This document shows positions 1-8,316 of a stretch of DNA of 37,941 nt, in pieces (position 1 is the first letter of the stretch; every line of letters starts with the position of its first letter). This DNA comes from a virus (Duplodnaviria; Caudoviricetes). The stretch spans positions 1 through 37,941 of the IMG/VR virus record IMGVR_UViG_3300030708_001092. One strand, given 5' to 3'. Both the position numbers and the translations under genes were made by a program. The notes under the pieces were generated by a model. That model searched no databases. It was not told the DNA's origin and worked only from the letters and a program-made list of their open reading frames with translations.

Positions 1-21
1 AATTTTTTTTTTTTTTTTTTT
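1..21. repeat. AA+T19 tract matching the right end (circularisation/assembly break)
   Basis: The window starts AAT19 and ends AAT27. Confidence 0.8.
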
Positions 22-85
22 GAAAAAATTTTTTTTCCAGATTTTTTTTATTCTCAATTATAAAAATTATTGAGAATAGGTAATT

Positions 86-118
86 AAAAAAAAGATGCTA
101 CATTGTAACATCTTTATT
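86..118 (-). terminator. Intrinsic terminator after the leftward early genes (possibly bidirectional)
   Basis: AAGATGcTACA-t-TGTAaCATCTT stem with an A-run on the left and T-rich sequence on the right, just past the stop at 123. Confidence 0.55.
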
Positions 119-122
119 ATTT

Positions 123-398
123 TTAATCAATCTCATATTCTAAATAATCCCTTTTTGATGGATTATAAATATGAACTTCTGAACAACTTTCTCCTAATTC
201 GTAATTAAGAGTATTTGAACAAAACTCAACTTCATCTTTTGAATAGAATCTTTTAAATTCTTCATCATCTAAAAATATTTTTATTTTTAGATCATATCCA
301 TTTTTGGAATAGTCGAGGCCAACGGCCTCAACTAATTCTTGATAATCTGAATCGATTGTAAAAATAACTTTTTTGAATTTGTGTTTAGTAATGGTCAT
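123..398 (-). CDS. Hypothetical acidic early protein
   Basis: 91 aa ORF in a tightly packed leftward operon. Confidence 0.7.
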   Translation of the reverse strand: MTITKHKFKKVIFTIDSDYQELVEAVGLDYSKNGYDLKIKIFLDDEEFKRFYSKDEVEFCSNTLNYELGESCSEVHIYNPSKRDYLEYEID

Positions 399-402
399 AA
401 TT

Positions 403-606
403 TTAAAATGGTTCCTCAGAGTTAATAAAATCAGCTTCTAAGAATCTTAATTCTTGGGTCGCTTTTTCTAATTCGTATTTATCAATTATTTCTTTTTTTA
501 ATTCTCTAAATGTTTCTATGTGCTGCAAGTCCTCGATATTTTCGAGAACTTCAGCAACTTCTGCATCAGATAAATTAAGAAATAATTTAAGTTGTAAACT
601 GTTCAT
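403..606 (-). CDS. Hypothetical acidic early protein
   Basis: 67 aa, ATGA-coupled to the upstream ORF. Confidence 0.7.
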   Translation of the reverse strand: MNSLQLKLFLNLSDAEVAEVLENIEDLQHIETFRELKKEIIDKYELEKATQELRFLEADFINSEEPF

Positions 607-737
607 TTTTCTAAGTCCTGAATTAATAACTCTAGTTGTGTTGCTCTTGCATCTAAACGATTATAAAGAGTTGAAACTATTGTGACTGCTTGCCAACTTA
701 GTAAAAAGAAAGCAACTATTAAAAGTTTAGTTCTCAT
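603..737 (-). CDS. Small membrane protein (44 aa, not in ORF track)
   Basis: Read manually: MRTKLLIVAFFLLSWQAVTIVSTLYNRLDARATQLELLIQDLEK; fills the gap in the operon. Confidence 0.65.
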   Translation of the reverse strand: MRTKLLIVAFFLLSWQAVTIVSTLYNRLDARATQLELLIQDLEK

Positions 738-741
738 TTTT

Positions 742-936
742 TTAATCCTCAAATGTTTGTACAAATTTAAAGCCAGCATCTTGTAATACTTGCTTATCTC
801 TTAACAATAATGTTTTTGTTCCAGTAAGTTGAAGTATCCATTTGTCTACTTCATCAACTAGATAAAAATGTTTATTGCCGTAATGCCATTGGACAAAGAA
901 TTTAATCTCTTTGCTCATTAAAACTGGTTTAATCAT
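742..936 (-). CDS. Hypothetical protein
   Basis: 64 aa ORF in the operon. Confidence 0.65.
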   Translation of the reverse strand: MIKPVLMSKEIKFFVQWHYGNKHFYLVDEVDKWILQLTGTKTLLLRDKQVLQDAGFKFVQTFED

Positions 937-964
937 TTTTTTTGGAAGGTAAAAAGGAAGGTAA

Positions 965-988
965 AAACGTAGTTATAAAACTACGTTT
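965..988 (-). terminator. Perfect 10-bp hairpin overlapping the stop of ORF 973-1395
   Basis: AAACGTAGTT-ATAA-AACTACGTTT. Confidence 0.4.
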
Positions 989-1395
989 ATTGTTTTAATA
1001 AACTTGCAAGGTTTCTTGCCAAGTTTACCTGACTTTAAAATAGGCATAATCTCGCCTACTCTCTCACAGTTCCACCCATGAGCTTTTGAAACATCATAAA
1101 GATTTACTGGACATACATACTCTTTAGGAAATTTAAAAAGATGTTTCCATGATCTCTTTGTATTTTTCGCAGCTCTGGAGGCGATAACCTCGAGAGTAAC
1201 TTTGTCTGTTAATTCAGCAGTAGCCCATGAACTACCACCAGAAATAAAAACAATGCCTAAAATTTGTTTAGTCATATGGAAGGAAGGAAGGATAAATTTT
1301 CTAGTTTCTTTTTTTGTATTTCCTTTTGTGTTTACCAGATAGACAAATTCTAAAATCTGTTTACCTGATAACCATTTTTGGAAATCCTCAAGCAT
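973..1395 (-). CDS. Hypothetical protein, first gene of the leftward early unit
   Basis: 140 aa ORF downstream of a promoter-like region. Confidence 0.7.
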   Translation of the reverse strand: MLEDFQKWLSGKQILEFVYLVNTKGNTKKETRKFILPSFHMTKQILGIVFISGGSSWATAELTDKVTLEVIASRAAKNTKRSWKHLFKFPKEYVCPVNLYDVSKAHGWNCERVGEIMPILKSGKLGKKPCKFIKTINVVL

Positions 1396-1437
1396 AAAAA
1401 CTGGACATAGTACACGCCCATTTTTTATCCTAATAGC

Positions 1438-1479
1438 ATAATAGCATCTAAGTAATATCTAAGTAGTATCAGATTATAC
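1438..1479 (-). promoter_or_regulatory. Leftward promoter with NtcA-type box
   Basis: GTA-N8-TAC at 1466-1479, then 22 nt, then -10 TATTAT (1438-1443) preceded by TGc. Confidence 0.45.
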
Positions 1480-1674
1480 AAAGTTTACAAAAAGTTACAC
1501 CTCTCAAAATCGCTTCAGACAGGCCAAAATTTTAAAGGTACTATCATACCTAAATGCTATTACAACGCTATCACAAAGGCACACAGACTAGGCTGAGAGC
1601 ATGGGGGCAGTATTGCAAATGCTAAATTTTTTTTGTGCCTTACCCATAACTTAAATATATTCCAGAAATCTTCG

Positions 1675-2118
1675 TTACTTCGACTCAACTTTAATAGAAA
1701 GTTCTGGAGCTTGAATATTAACTGTTTCTACGGATTCACCTATAACTTTGCCAAGGGAGTCTAGGATCTGTGCTGCTGTTTGTAATTGACCTTTTGATAT
1801 AGCTTTATTAAATAAACGTACTCTCATCGCTTGTAGGCGAGGTAACATATTTTCTCTATCTTTATCCCAATCTTCAGTATTCCAATGTTTTACGCGACCC
1901 CAATCTTCCCAAGCAGTTGTTATTGATATTTGTTCAATTTTTGAATGTTCAATTACAAGTTGTCTTGTTGTTTTGCCGTCAAGTTGACGAGAGTAAAGAC
2001 GTTGAGCACGTTCTTGAACCTTTTCTGCTGTAGATCGAGCTACAAATCTAGGTCTACGAGTTTTATTCGCTTGAGCGACAGGTGGTGTAATATCGTTTGG
2101 GAAAGTAGAAGAAGCCAC
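1675..2118 (-). CDS. terS: Probable terminase small subunit (HTH + helical oligomerisation region)
   Basis: Adjacent to terL; HTH-like RQLVIEHSKIEQISITTAWEDW; C-terminal beta tail; size fits. Confidence 0.6.
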   Translation of the reverse strand: MASSTFPNDITPPVAQANKTRRPRFVARSTAEKVQERAQRLYSRQLDGKTTRQLVIEHSKIEQISITTAWEDWGRVKHWNTEDWDKDRENMLPRLQAMRVRLFNKAISKGQLQTAAQILDSLGKVIGESVETVNIQAPELSIKVESK

Positions 2119-2221
2119 GGACTTAATCTGAGAGGGGTTAATAATCGAATAATAACCTAAAAAAGCGAAATTAGGCTATAAATAAGGGGTATAGGTTGAA
2201 TTTTCTGTTATTTTTGAGTTT

Positions 2222-3478
2222 ATGGCGGTAAAAAACAGACCAGAAATCAGTTTAAGGTACGCACAAGGGGAGGTATTTAATTGTGATAAAAGATTTCGGG
2301 TGTTGGTTGCAGGAAGAAGGTTTGGGAAGTCATATTTATCCTGTATTGAACTGCTCAGAGGGGCGATCAATCGACCTGGTGAAGTATATTTCTATTGTGC
2401 TCCTACTTATAGGATGGCAAAGGATATTGCGTGGAAAGAATTAAAGAAATTAGTGCCAAAGGTATGGGTTCAGAGTAAAAATGAGACAGATTTAAGGTTG
2501 GAACTGATAAATGGATCAACTATTGAGTTGAAGGGAACTGAAAATGCAATGGCATTGAGAGGAAGAAGTTTAGCGGGGGTTGTATTGGATGAGGCTGCGT
2601 TTATGGATCGAGATGTATGGGCAGAGGTGATTAGACCAGCTTTAGCTGATAAACAGGGTTGGGCTTTGTTTATTAGTACTCCTGATGGTACTGCCAGTTG
2701 GTTTTATGATATGTGGTGTTTTTGTGGTGAGCAGGAGTGGGATGATTGGAAAAGGTGGAGCTTTACTACGATTGAAGGGGGTAATGTTGCACCAGAAGAA
2801 GTTGAAGCAGCTAGGTCGCAATTAGATGCGAGAACATTTAGACAGGAATTTGAAGCAAGTTTTGAAAATTTAACTGGTTTAGTTGCTGTTAGCTTTAGTG
2901 ATGACAATATTGACAAGGAAGTAGAAGATCTACATATGCTTCCTTTGTTATTGGGGCTGGATTTTAACGTTGATCCAATGGCAGGGATCTGTGCGTATAA
3001 GCATGGCAACAATTTGTATGTTTTTGATGAGATCATGCTGACAGGAGGTGCTACCACATGGGACTTTGCTGAAGAAGTAATAAGAAGATACGGGGTAGAT
3101 AGAAGAATTATTGCTTGTCCTGACCCAACGGGTAGTGCAAGAAAAACAAGTGGAGTTGGAGTTACTGATCATAATATCCTTAGACGTAGTGGTTTTACTG
3201 TTATGAGTCCTAAATCTCCCTGGAAAATTAGAGATAAAATTACTGCTGTTAATACTGCCTTGCTTGATGCAAATGGAGATCAGAGAACTTTTATTCATCC
3301 AAGATGTAAAGAATTGATAAAAGCACTAAGAACTCTTACATATGCACCAAATACTGGTCTACCTAATAAAAATCTAGGAGTTGACCATGCTTTTGATGCT
3401 TTTGGCTATCTTTGTTTACAGCAGTTTAATTTGGCAAAACCAGAGACATTAGGTCAAACTGCGTTTAGAATATACTAA
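2222..3478 (+). CDS. terL: Terminase large subunit
   Basis: Walker A GRRFGKS, Walker B VVLDEAA, ISTP motif, RNase H-like GLDFN...DHAFDA. Confidence 0.97.
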   Translation: MAVKNRPEISLRYAQGEVFNCDKRFRVLVAGRRFGKSYLSCIELLRGAINRPGEVYFYCAPTYRMAKDIAWKELKKLVPKVWVQSKNETDLRLELINGSTIELKGTENAMALRGRSLAGVVLDEAAFMDRDVWAEVIRPALADKQGWALFISTPDGTASWFYDMWCFCGEQEWDDWKRWSFTTIEGGNVAPEEVEAARSQLDARTFRQEFEASFENLTGLVAVSFSDDNIDKEVEDLHMLPLLLGLDFNVDPMAGICAYKHGNNLYVFDEIMLTGGATTWDFAEEVIRRYGVDRRIIACPDPTGSARKTSGVGVTDHNILRRSGFTVMSPKSPWKIRDKITAVNTALLDANGDQRTFIHPRCKELIKALRTLTYAPNTGLPNKNLGVDHAFDAFGYLCLQQFNLAKPETLGQTAFRIY

Positions 3479-3497
3479 GAACTACCTAATTTTTACT

Positions 3498-3578
3498 ATG
3501 CCTTACCATACTGGGATGAAAAAAAAGAAAAAGAAAAAGAAGGGAGGTAAAAAACGTAGTGAATGTTCCTGTAAATAA
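3498..3578 (+). CDS. Tiny poly-Lys peptide (26 aa)
   Basis: MPYHTGMKKKKKKKKGGKKRSECSCK, read manually. Confidence 0.5.
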   Translation: MPYHTGMKKKKKKKKGGKKRSECSCK

Positions 3579-3720
3579 AGCTCTTTACGCTAGAGTAAAA
3601 GCCGAAGCCAAGCGTAAGTTCAAGGTCTATCCTAGTGCTTATGCTAATGCGTGGCTTGTACGAGAGTACAAAAAACGTGGCGGTACTTACCGAGTGGAGA
3701 AAAAACGTGGCAAAAAGTAG
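3559..3720 (+). CDS. Small basic protein (53 aa, GTG start), DUF5872-like N-part
   Basis: KALYARVKAEAKRKFKVYPSAYANAWLVREYKKRGG; internal paralog in ORF 25812-27269. Confidence 0.75.
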   Translation: MNVPVNKALYARVKAEAKRKFKVYPSAYANAWLVREYKKRGGTYRVEKKRGKK

Positions 3721-3982
3721 CCCAAATCCTAGAGCAAAGGGTGGTTTGACCCGTTGGTTTGCTGAAAATTGGGTTGATGTAAAAACAGGTAAGCCTTGTG
3801 GTCGTTCAAAAGGCGAAAAACGAGGGTATCCTGCCTGTAGACCTAGTAAACGCATCTCAAGTAAGACACCTAAGACTGTTGGAGAGATGTCAGCAGCAGA
3901 AAAAGCTAGATTTAAGCGTGAAAAAACAAGCAGTAAGAAGATAACATATCAACATAGACGTAAAAAACGCAAAAAAAGTTAA
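3707..3982 (+). CDS. Basic protein, DUF5872-like C-part (start revised to GTG 3707)
   Basis: GGLTRWFAENWVDVKTGKPCGRS...YPACRP motif. Confidence 0.75.
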   Translation: MAKSSPNPRAKGGLTRWFAENWVDVKTGKPCGRSKGEKRGYPACRPSKRISSKTPKTVGEMSAAEKARFKREKTSSKKITYQHRRKKRKKS

Positions 3983-3984
3983 AA

Positions 3985-4083
3985 ATGGCTAAATCTCACG
4001 CAATGGCAAGATGTCAAGGTTACATCGCAAGTGTCAAAAAAGGTAAGAAAAAGAAAACTAAGCCAAAAAAGAAAAAGAAATAA
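3985..4083 (+). CDS. Tiny Lys-rich peptide (32 aa)
   Basis: MAKSHAMARCQGYIASVKKGKKKKTKPKKKKK. Confidence 0.55.
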   Translation: MAKSHAMARCQGYIASVKKGKKKKTKPKKKKK

Positions 4084-4132
4084 GTGTAAAATCTTAAGTA
4101 AAGCGGTAACATAGAGTTATCTAGGAAAAATC

Positions 4133-4255
4133 ATGCCAAAAGGTTCTTATTCTTCAAAACAAAGAAAACTGGCTGCTGTTGCACCTCCTAGAGACAAGAT
4201 CACTGCTGCTGATCTCAAAAAATTACGTTCAAAGAAGAAGAGGAAGAAAAAATGA
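4133..4255 (+). CDS. Small basic protein (40 aa)
   Basis: MPKGSYSSKQRKLAAVAPPRDKITAADLKKLRSKKKRKKK; AGGA upstream. Confidence 0.65.
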   Translation: MPKGSYSSKQRKLAAVAPPRDKITAADLKKLRSKKKRKKK

Positions 4256-4419
4256 AAATGAAGAAAGAACTTACAGCTAGGCAAAAAACTGCTTTAGCAA
4301 ATCATAAAAAAAAAGGTACTCATACTGCAAAACATATGACAATAATGAAGGAGGAAATGTTAAAGGGTAAAACATTTATGGAAGCACATAAAATAGCTAT
4401 GAGGAAAAAAGGAAAGTAA
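4252..4419 (+). CDS. Small basic His/Met-rich protein (55 aa)
   Basis: ATGA/TAATG coupled on both sides; LTARQKTALANH...HMTIMKEEMLKGKTFMEAHKIAM. Confidence 0.7.
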   Translation: MKMKKELTARQKTALANHKKKGTHTAKHMTIMKEEMLKGKTFMEAHKIAMRKKGK

Positions 4420-4685
4420 TGCCAAGAAAAAAAGGAGTTAGTTTATCTATAGGAAGAGGCGAAAAGTCGAAAAAGGGAGGACTGACTGCGAAGGGAAGAG
4501 CTAAATATAATCGTGCTACAGGAAGTAATTTACAAGCACCTGTAACTGAAAAAAATCCTACTGGTAAAAGAGCAGCTAGAAGAAAATCTTTTTGTGCAAG
4601 GATGAAAGGTATGCCTGGGCCATTAAAAGATAAGAAAGGCCGACCTACAAGAAAAGCGTTAGCATTAAAACGATGGAGGTGTTGA
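4419..4685 (+). CDS. Basic protein, DUF6321-like
   Basis: GGLTAKGRAKYN...RRKSFCARM...ALKRWRC. Confidence 0.75.
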   Translation: MPRKKGVSLSIGRGEKSKKGGLTAKGRAKYNRATGSNLQAPVTEKNPTGKRAARRKSFCARMKGMPGPLKDKKGRPTRKALALKRWRC

Positions 4686-4686
4686 A

Positions 4687-6129
4687 ATGACGTATGCTGT
4701 TCCTGGCCCAATTAGAACCAACATTGTTTCATCTACTTCTGTAGGTGGTATAGATAGTCCTTTTACTAGAACTAGAGCAGTTTTAGATATGATGAAGGGA
4801 TGGGAAATAATGAAAGCTGTTACTGAAGGTACTGAATATCTTAGAGAAAATAGTGAAGCATTTTTACCTTTAGAACCTAGAGAAGATTATGATGCTTATC
4901 TTGCAAGAGTAAATAGAGCAGTATTTAGTCCTTTTACACAGAGATTGATAAGAGCAGCTACAGGTTTAGTTTTAAGAAAACCTATTTCACTTATTGGAGA
5001 TCCTTATTGGACAGAGATGTTCAAAATGGATGTTGATGGTTGTGGTTCTGATCTAGATGAATATGCAAGAAGGATATTAATGTGTTCTTTAACTTATGGT
5101 CAAAGTCATGTTCTTGTAGATTATCCTGCACCATCAGGAGCAGTAAGTTTAGCTGAAGAACGTCAGCAAAATCGTAGACCTTATTGGATTGAAGTAGATC
5201 CAAATAATCTTTATGGTTGGAGATTAGATAGAGAATCTAATTATGGGAATCTTATACAAGCTCGAATTGCAGAAAAGGCTGTATTGCCTGATGGAGATTT
5301 TGGGGAGAAAGTTTATGACCAGATAAGAGTTATAGAACCTGGTCGGTACAGAGTGTTTCGTAAAAAAGAGCAAATCGAAGAAATGTATGATGTCTCTGAT
5401 AACAGTGTGACAGGAAATTTTGAAATGGGATCAGCAGATAAAGATTATAAACAAGTTGAATCAGGTGAATTTTCTCTTGGTGAAATACCTTTAGTTACTG
5501 TTTATTCTGGGAAAACTGAAAATTTAGTAAGTAAACCACCTTTACTTGATATTGCATATTTAAATATTGCACATTTTCAAAGACAGGCTGATCTTATTCA
5601 TAGTTTGCACGTTGCATCTCAACCAATGCTTGTAATGGAAGGATATGACGATCAGACCAAAGACCTTGCTATCTCTGTAAATTATGCGATGGCAACTCAG
5701 CCAGGAAATAAAGTTTATTATGTCGAACCAGCTAGTAGTGCTTTTGATGCTCAATCTGCTGAGATAAAAGAATTGCAGATGCAAATGGCTACTCTTGGTA
5801 TTAGTACTTTGAGCCAACAGAAGTTTGTAGCTGAATCTGCTGATGCTAGAAGATTAGATCGTGTTGATACTAACTCTATGCTTGCAATGGTTTCTATGGA
5901 ATTAGAGCAAAAACTTCAAAAATGTTTTAATTTATCGGCTGAATATGTAGGTATTGAACCACCAGAAGTAAAAATTAGTAGAGATTTTGATATTGAAAGA
6001 TTAATTGGTCAAGATATTACAGCTTTGACATCATTGTTTGATCAACAAGTCATTGATAGAGAGGAATTTAGAGATATTTTAGTTCAAGGTGAAGTATTAC
6101 CATCAGCGAATGAAGCCAAAACTGAATAG
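4687..6129 (+). CDS. Portal protein (DUF4055-type)
   Basis: 480 aa; YLARVNRAVF, KPPLLDIAYLNIAHFQ; position after terL. Confidence 0.92.
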   Translation: MTYAVPGPIRTNIVSSTSVGGIDSPFTRTRAVLDMMKGWEIMKAVTEGTEYLRENSEAFLPLEPREDYDAYLARVNRAVFSPFTQRLIRAATGLVLRKPISLIGDPYWTEMFKMDVDGCGSDLDEYARRILMCSLTYGQSHVLVDYPAPSGAVSLAEERQQNRRPYWIEVDPNNLYGWRLDRESNYGNLIQARIAEKAVLPDGDFGEKVYDQIRVIEPGRYRVFRKKEQIEEMYDVSDNSVTGNFEMGSADKDYKQVESGEFSLGEIPLVTVYSGKTENLVSKPPLLDIAYLNIAHFQRQADLIHSLHVASQPMLVMEGYDDQTKDLAISVNYAMATQPGNKVYYVEPASSAFDAQSAEIKELQMQMATLGISTLSQQKFVAESADARRLDRVDTNSMLAMVSMELEQKLQKCFNLSAEYVGIEPPEVKISRDFDIERLIGQDITALTSLFDQQVIDREEFRDILVQGEVLPSANEAKTE

Positions 6130-6163
6130 TTTGGTAAGATGATATATAAATACATACATTCTT

Positions 6164-6334
6164 ATGGCTAAATCGTTAGACCATGTTCTGCAACCTGACG
6201 GAACTTATAAATGGGAATTAGTAGAACAAAAAGCTAAAGTACAAGAAAGTACTGAAGTTTCTCCTGCTCCTGCACCAAAAGAGACTAAGAAGAAAGTTTC
6301 AAAAAAGAAAACTACTAACCCACTATCTGAATAA
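6164..6334 (+). CDS. Small protein (56 aa), possibly head-associated
   Basis: MAKSLDHVLQPDGTYKWELVE...; TGgTAAGAT promoter upstream. Confidence 0.6.
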   Translation: MAKSLDHVLQPDGTYKWELVEQKAKVQESTEVSPAPAPKETKKKVSKKKTTNPLSE

Positions 6335-6337
6335 TTA

Positions 6338-7069
6338 ATGGCTATCGAAGAAAAAGTAATTCAGCCTGAGTCTGTGACCAACGCTGAACAGCCTGTGGCT
6401 GAAACTGCTTCACAACCAACTCAACCACAAGCACCTGATCTTACTGCTATCAAAGCAGAATATGAATCACAACTTAATGCTTTAAAAAAGCAAGTTGCAG
6501 AGGAACAAGAAAAATTCAAAGGTGCAAAAAATAAACTTGATGAAGTTTATAAGAAAAAAGAAGAACAAAGAAAACAAGAATTAGAAGATCAAGGTCAATG
6601 GAAAACTCTTTGGGAAGAGGCCAATAAAACGGCACAAGAAAAAGATCAACAGATTTCAAGTTTGACGCAACAATTAGAAGATATGAAAACTTCTAATGAA
6701 GTGGCTTCGACCAAAACAAAAGCATTAGCTGCTATTAGTAATCTTGGTGCTATAAATGCTGAACAAACTTTGGCTTTATTACAAAACAAGTTACAAAAAA
6801 ATGCTGAAGGTAAAGTTGTTGTTCTTAATGGTGGTGTTGAACAAGATTTAAATGCTTATCTTTCTACTTTGAAAAATCCTGGTAGTGGTTGGGAACATCA
6901 TTTCAAGCCTAGCAGTGCTGCTGGAATGGGTGCAAAGCCTAGTCCTATAGCAAATGCTTCTGGAGGTCAAGTAAATCCTTGGAAAACGGGCAACCTCACT
7001 CAACAAATGCTAATATCAGATCAAGACCCACAGCTTGCAGCAGTGCTCAAGCAAGAGGCACAAAAATAG
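6338..7069 (+). CDS. Capsid scaffolding protein
   Basis: Coiled-coil, C-terminal NPW motif, directly precedes the major capsid gene. Confidence 0.88.
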   Translation: MAIEEKVIQPESVTNAEQPVAETASQPTQPQAPDLTAIKAEYESQLNALKKQVAEEQEKFKGAKNKLDEVYKKKEEQRKQELEDQGQWKTLWEEANKTAQEKDQQISSLTQQLEDMKTSNEVASTKTKALAAISNLGAINAEQTLALLQNKLQKNAEGKVVVLNGGVEQDLNAYLSTLKNPGSGWEHHFKPSSAAGMGAKPSPIANASGGQVNPWKTGNLTQQMLISDQDPQLAAVLKQEAQK

Positions 7070-7109
7070 TTAGTTTCTGTGAAACTAATCCCCTTATCTG
7101 TGATTAGGG
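7070..7109 (+). promoter_or_regulatory. Tandem C(UGU)G triloop hairpins in the capsid leader
   Basis: TTAGTTTC-TGT-GAAACTAA and CCCTtATC-TGT-GATtAGGG. Confidence 0.6.
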
Positions 7110-7138
7110 TATCGCAAAACTTAAAAAGGTAAATCTGA

Positions 7139-8227
7139 ATGGCTGCTCCGTTTCAGAATTACTCTGGCGGTGTCCTATTAGCGGATATCGTTAAGAGAAA
7201 TAATCTCAGCACATATGTTTCCGAAGCTATCAAGGAACGTAGTGCATTTATCAAATCTGGTGCTGTTGTAAGAAACTCACTTCTTGACGCAACAGAAGGT
7301 GGAACAAGAATACAAGTTCCAGAATTTAACCCAATCACACCAACTGAAGAAATTCTAGATGGTACATCAACTTGGGGTACAAGTAACAATGGTTATTTGA
7401 CACCACAGAAGATTGGTACTGATACACAAATCGCAACCATCTGTCATAGAGGTTTTGCGTATGCTGTTGATGACGTAGCTGTATTGGCTGCTGGTGAAGA
7501 TCCAATGGGTCACATTAGAAACCAAATTGCAGATGCTATCAACAAGCTAAATTCTGCAAGACTATTCAGCTTATTAGATGGCTTATTTGCTTCTGGTACT
7601 GGGCCTTTAGGTGCAAACTCTCTTGATGTAGCAAAAGCTGGAACAAGTGCTGTTGAAGCAAACTTCTTAACAGCTTCTACTGTTGCAAGAGGAAGATCAC
7701 TTCTTGGATCAAGAGGAGATGAATTAGACACTTTAGTTGTTCACCCATCTGTTGCTTACTACTTATATCAAGTTGGTATGCTTACATTCTCAACATCTGC
7801 TCTATCAACTGGTGGTGCAGTAACTTGGGGTGGCGGCGGTGTCGGTGTTAGTGAAACAAGCATCGGACAATTCGCTGGTATGAATGTAGTTATTGACTCT
7901 CAGGTTAATACAGTTGCTCCTGGTTCTTCTGGTCATCAGACTGAGTTCCGTTGCTTCTTAATTAAGTCAGGAACAATCCTTGAAGGAGAGCAATCACCAT
8001 TGGGCATTGAATCAGATAGAAACATTCTTTCTAAGCAAGATGTTATGTCTGTTGATTACCACAGTGCTTATCACGTTATGGGAACTAAGTGGACATCTGC
8101 TACTGACAACCCAACTAACGCTCAATTAGGTAACTCAAATAACTGGGCTATCACATACGATGCTGATTTAATTCCTATCGTTGAGATAATTGTTAACTCA
8201 CCTCTTGATACAACTAATATTTCTTAA
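7139..8227 (+). CDS. Major capsid protein (SPP1 gp13-like, HK97 fold)
   Basis: SAFIKSG, LTPQKI, RGFAY, GEDPMGHI match the gp13 family pattern. Confidence 0.93.
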   Translation: MAAPFQNYSGGVLLADIVKRNNLSTYVSEAIKERSAFIKSGAVVRNSLLDATEGGTRIQVPEFNPITPTEEILDGTSTWGTSNNGYLTPQKIGTDTQIATICHRGFAYAVDDVAVLAAGEDPMGHIRNQIADAINKLNSARLFSLLDGLFASGTGPLGANSLDVAKAGTSAVEANFLTASTVARGRSLLGSRGDELDTLVVHPSVAYYLYQVGMLTFSTSALSTGGAVTWGGGGVGVSETSIGQFAGMNVVIDSQVNTVAPGSSGHQTEFRCFLIKSGTILEGEQSPLGIESDRNILSKQDVMSVDYHSAYHVMGTKWTSATDNPTNAQLGNSNNWAITYDADLIPIVEIIVNSPLDTTNIS

Positions 8228-8249
8228 TAGTATTAAACTGGTGGTCATT

Positions 8250-8283
8250 AAACCTCATCAAATATTGGTGGGGTTTTTTCTTT
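8250..8283 (+). terminator. Intrinsic terminator after the capsid gene
   Basis: AAACCTCATCA...TGGTGGGGTTT followed by a T-run. Confidence 0.8.
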
Positions 8284-8316
8284 ACGCTACAATAAAACTA
8301 AAATTACTTAAAAATC

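Noticed and set aside
3635-3706. ATG 3635 start for the 115 aa ORF
   Set aside because: Lies inside the conserved 3559-3720 ORF; GTG 3707 is more plausible
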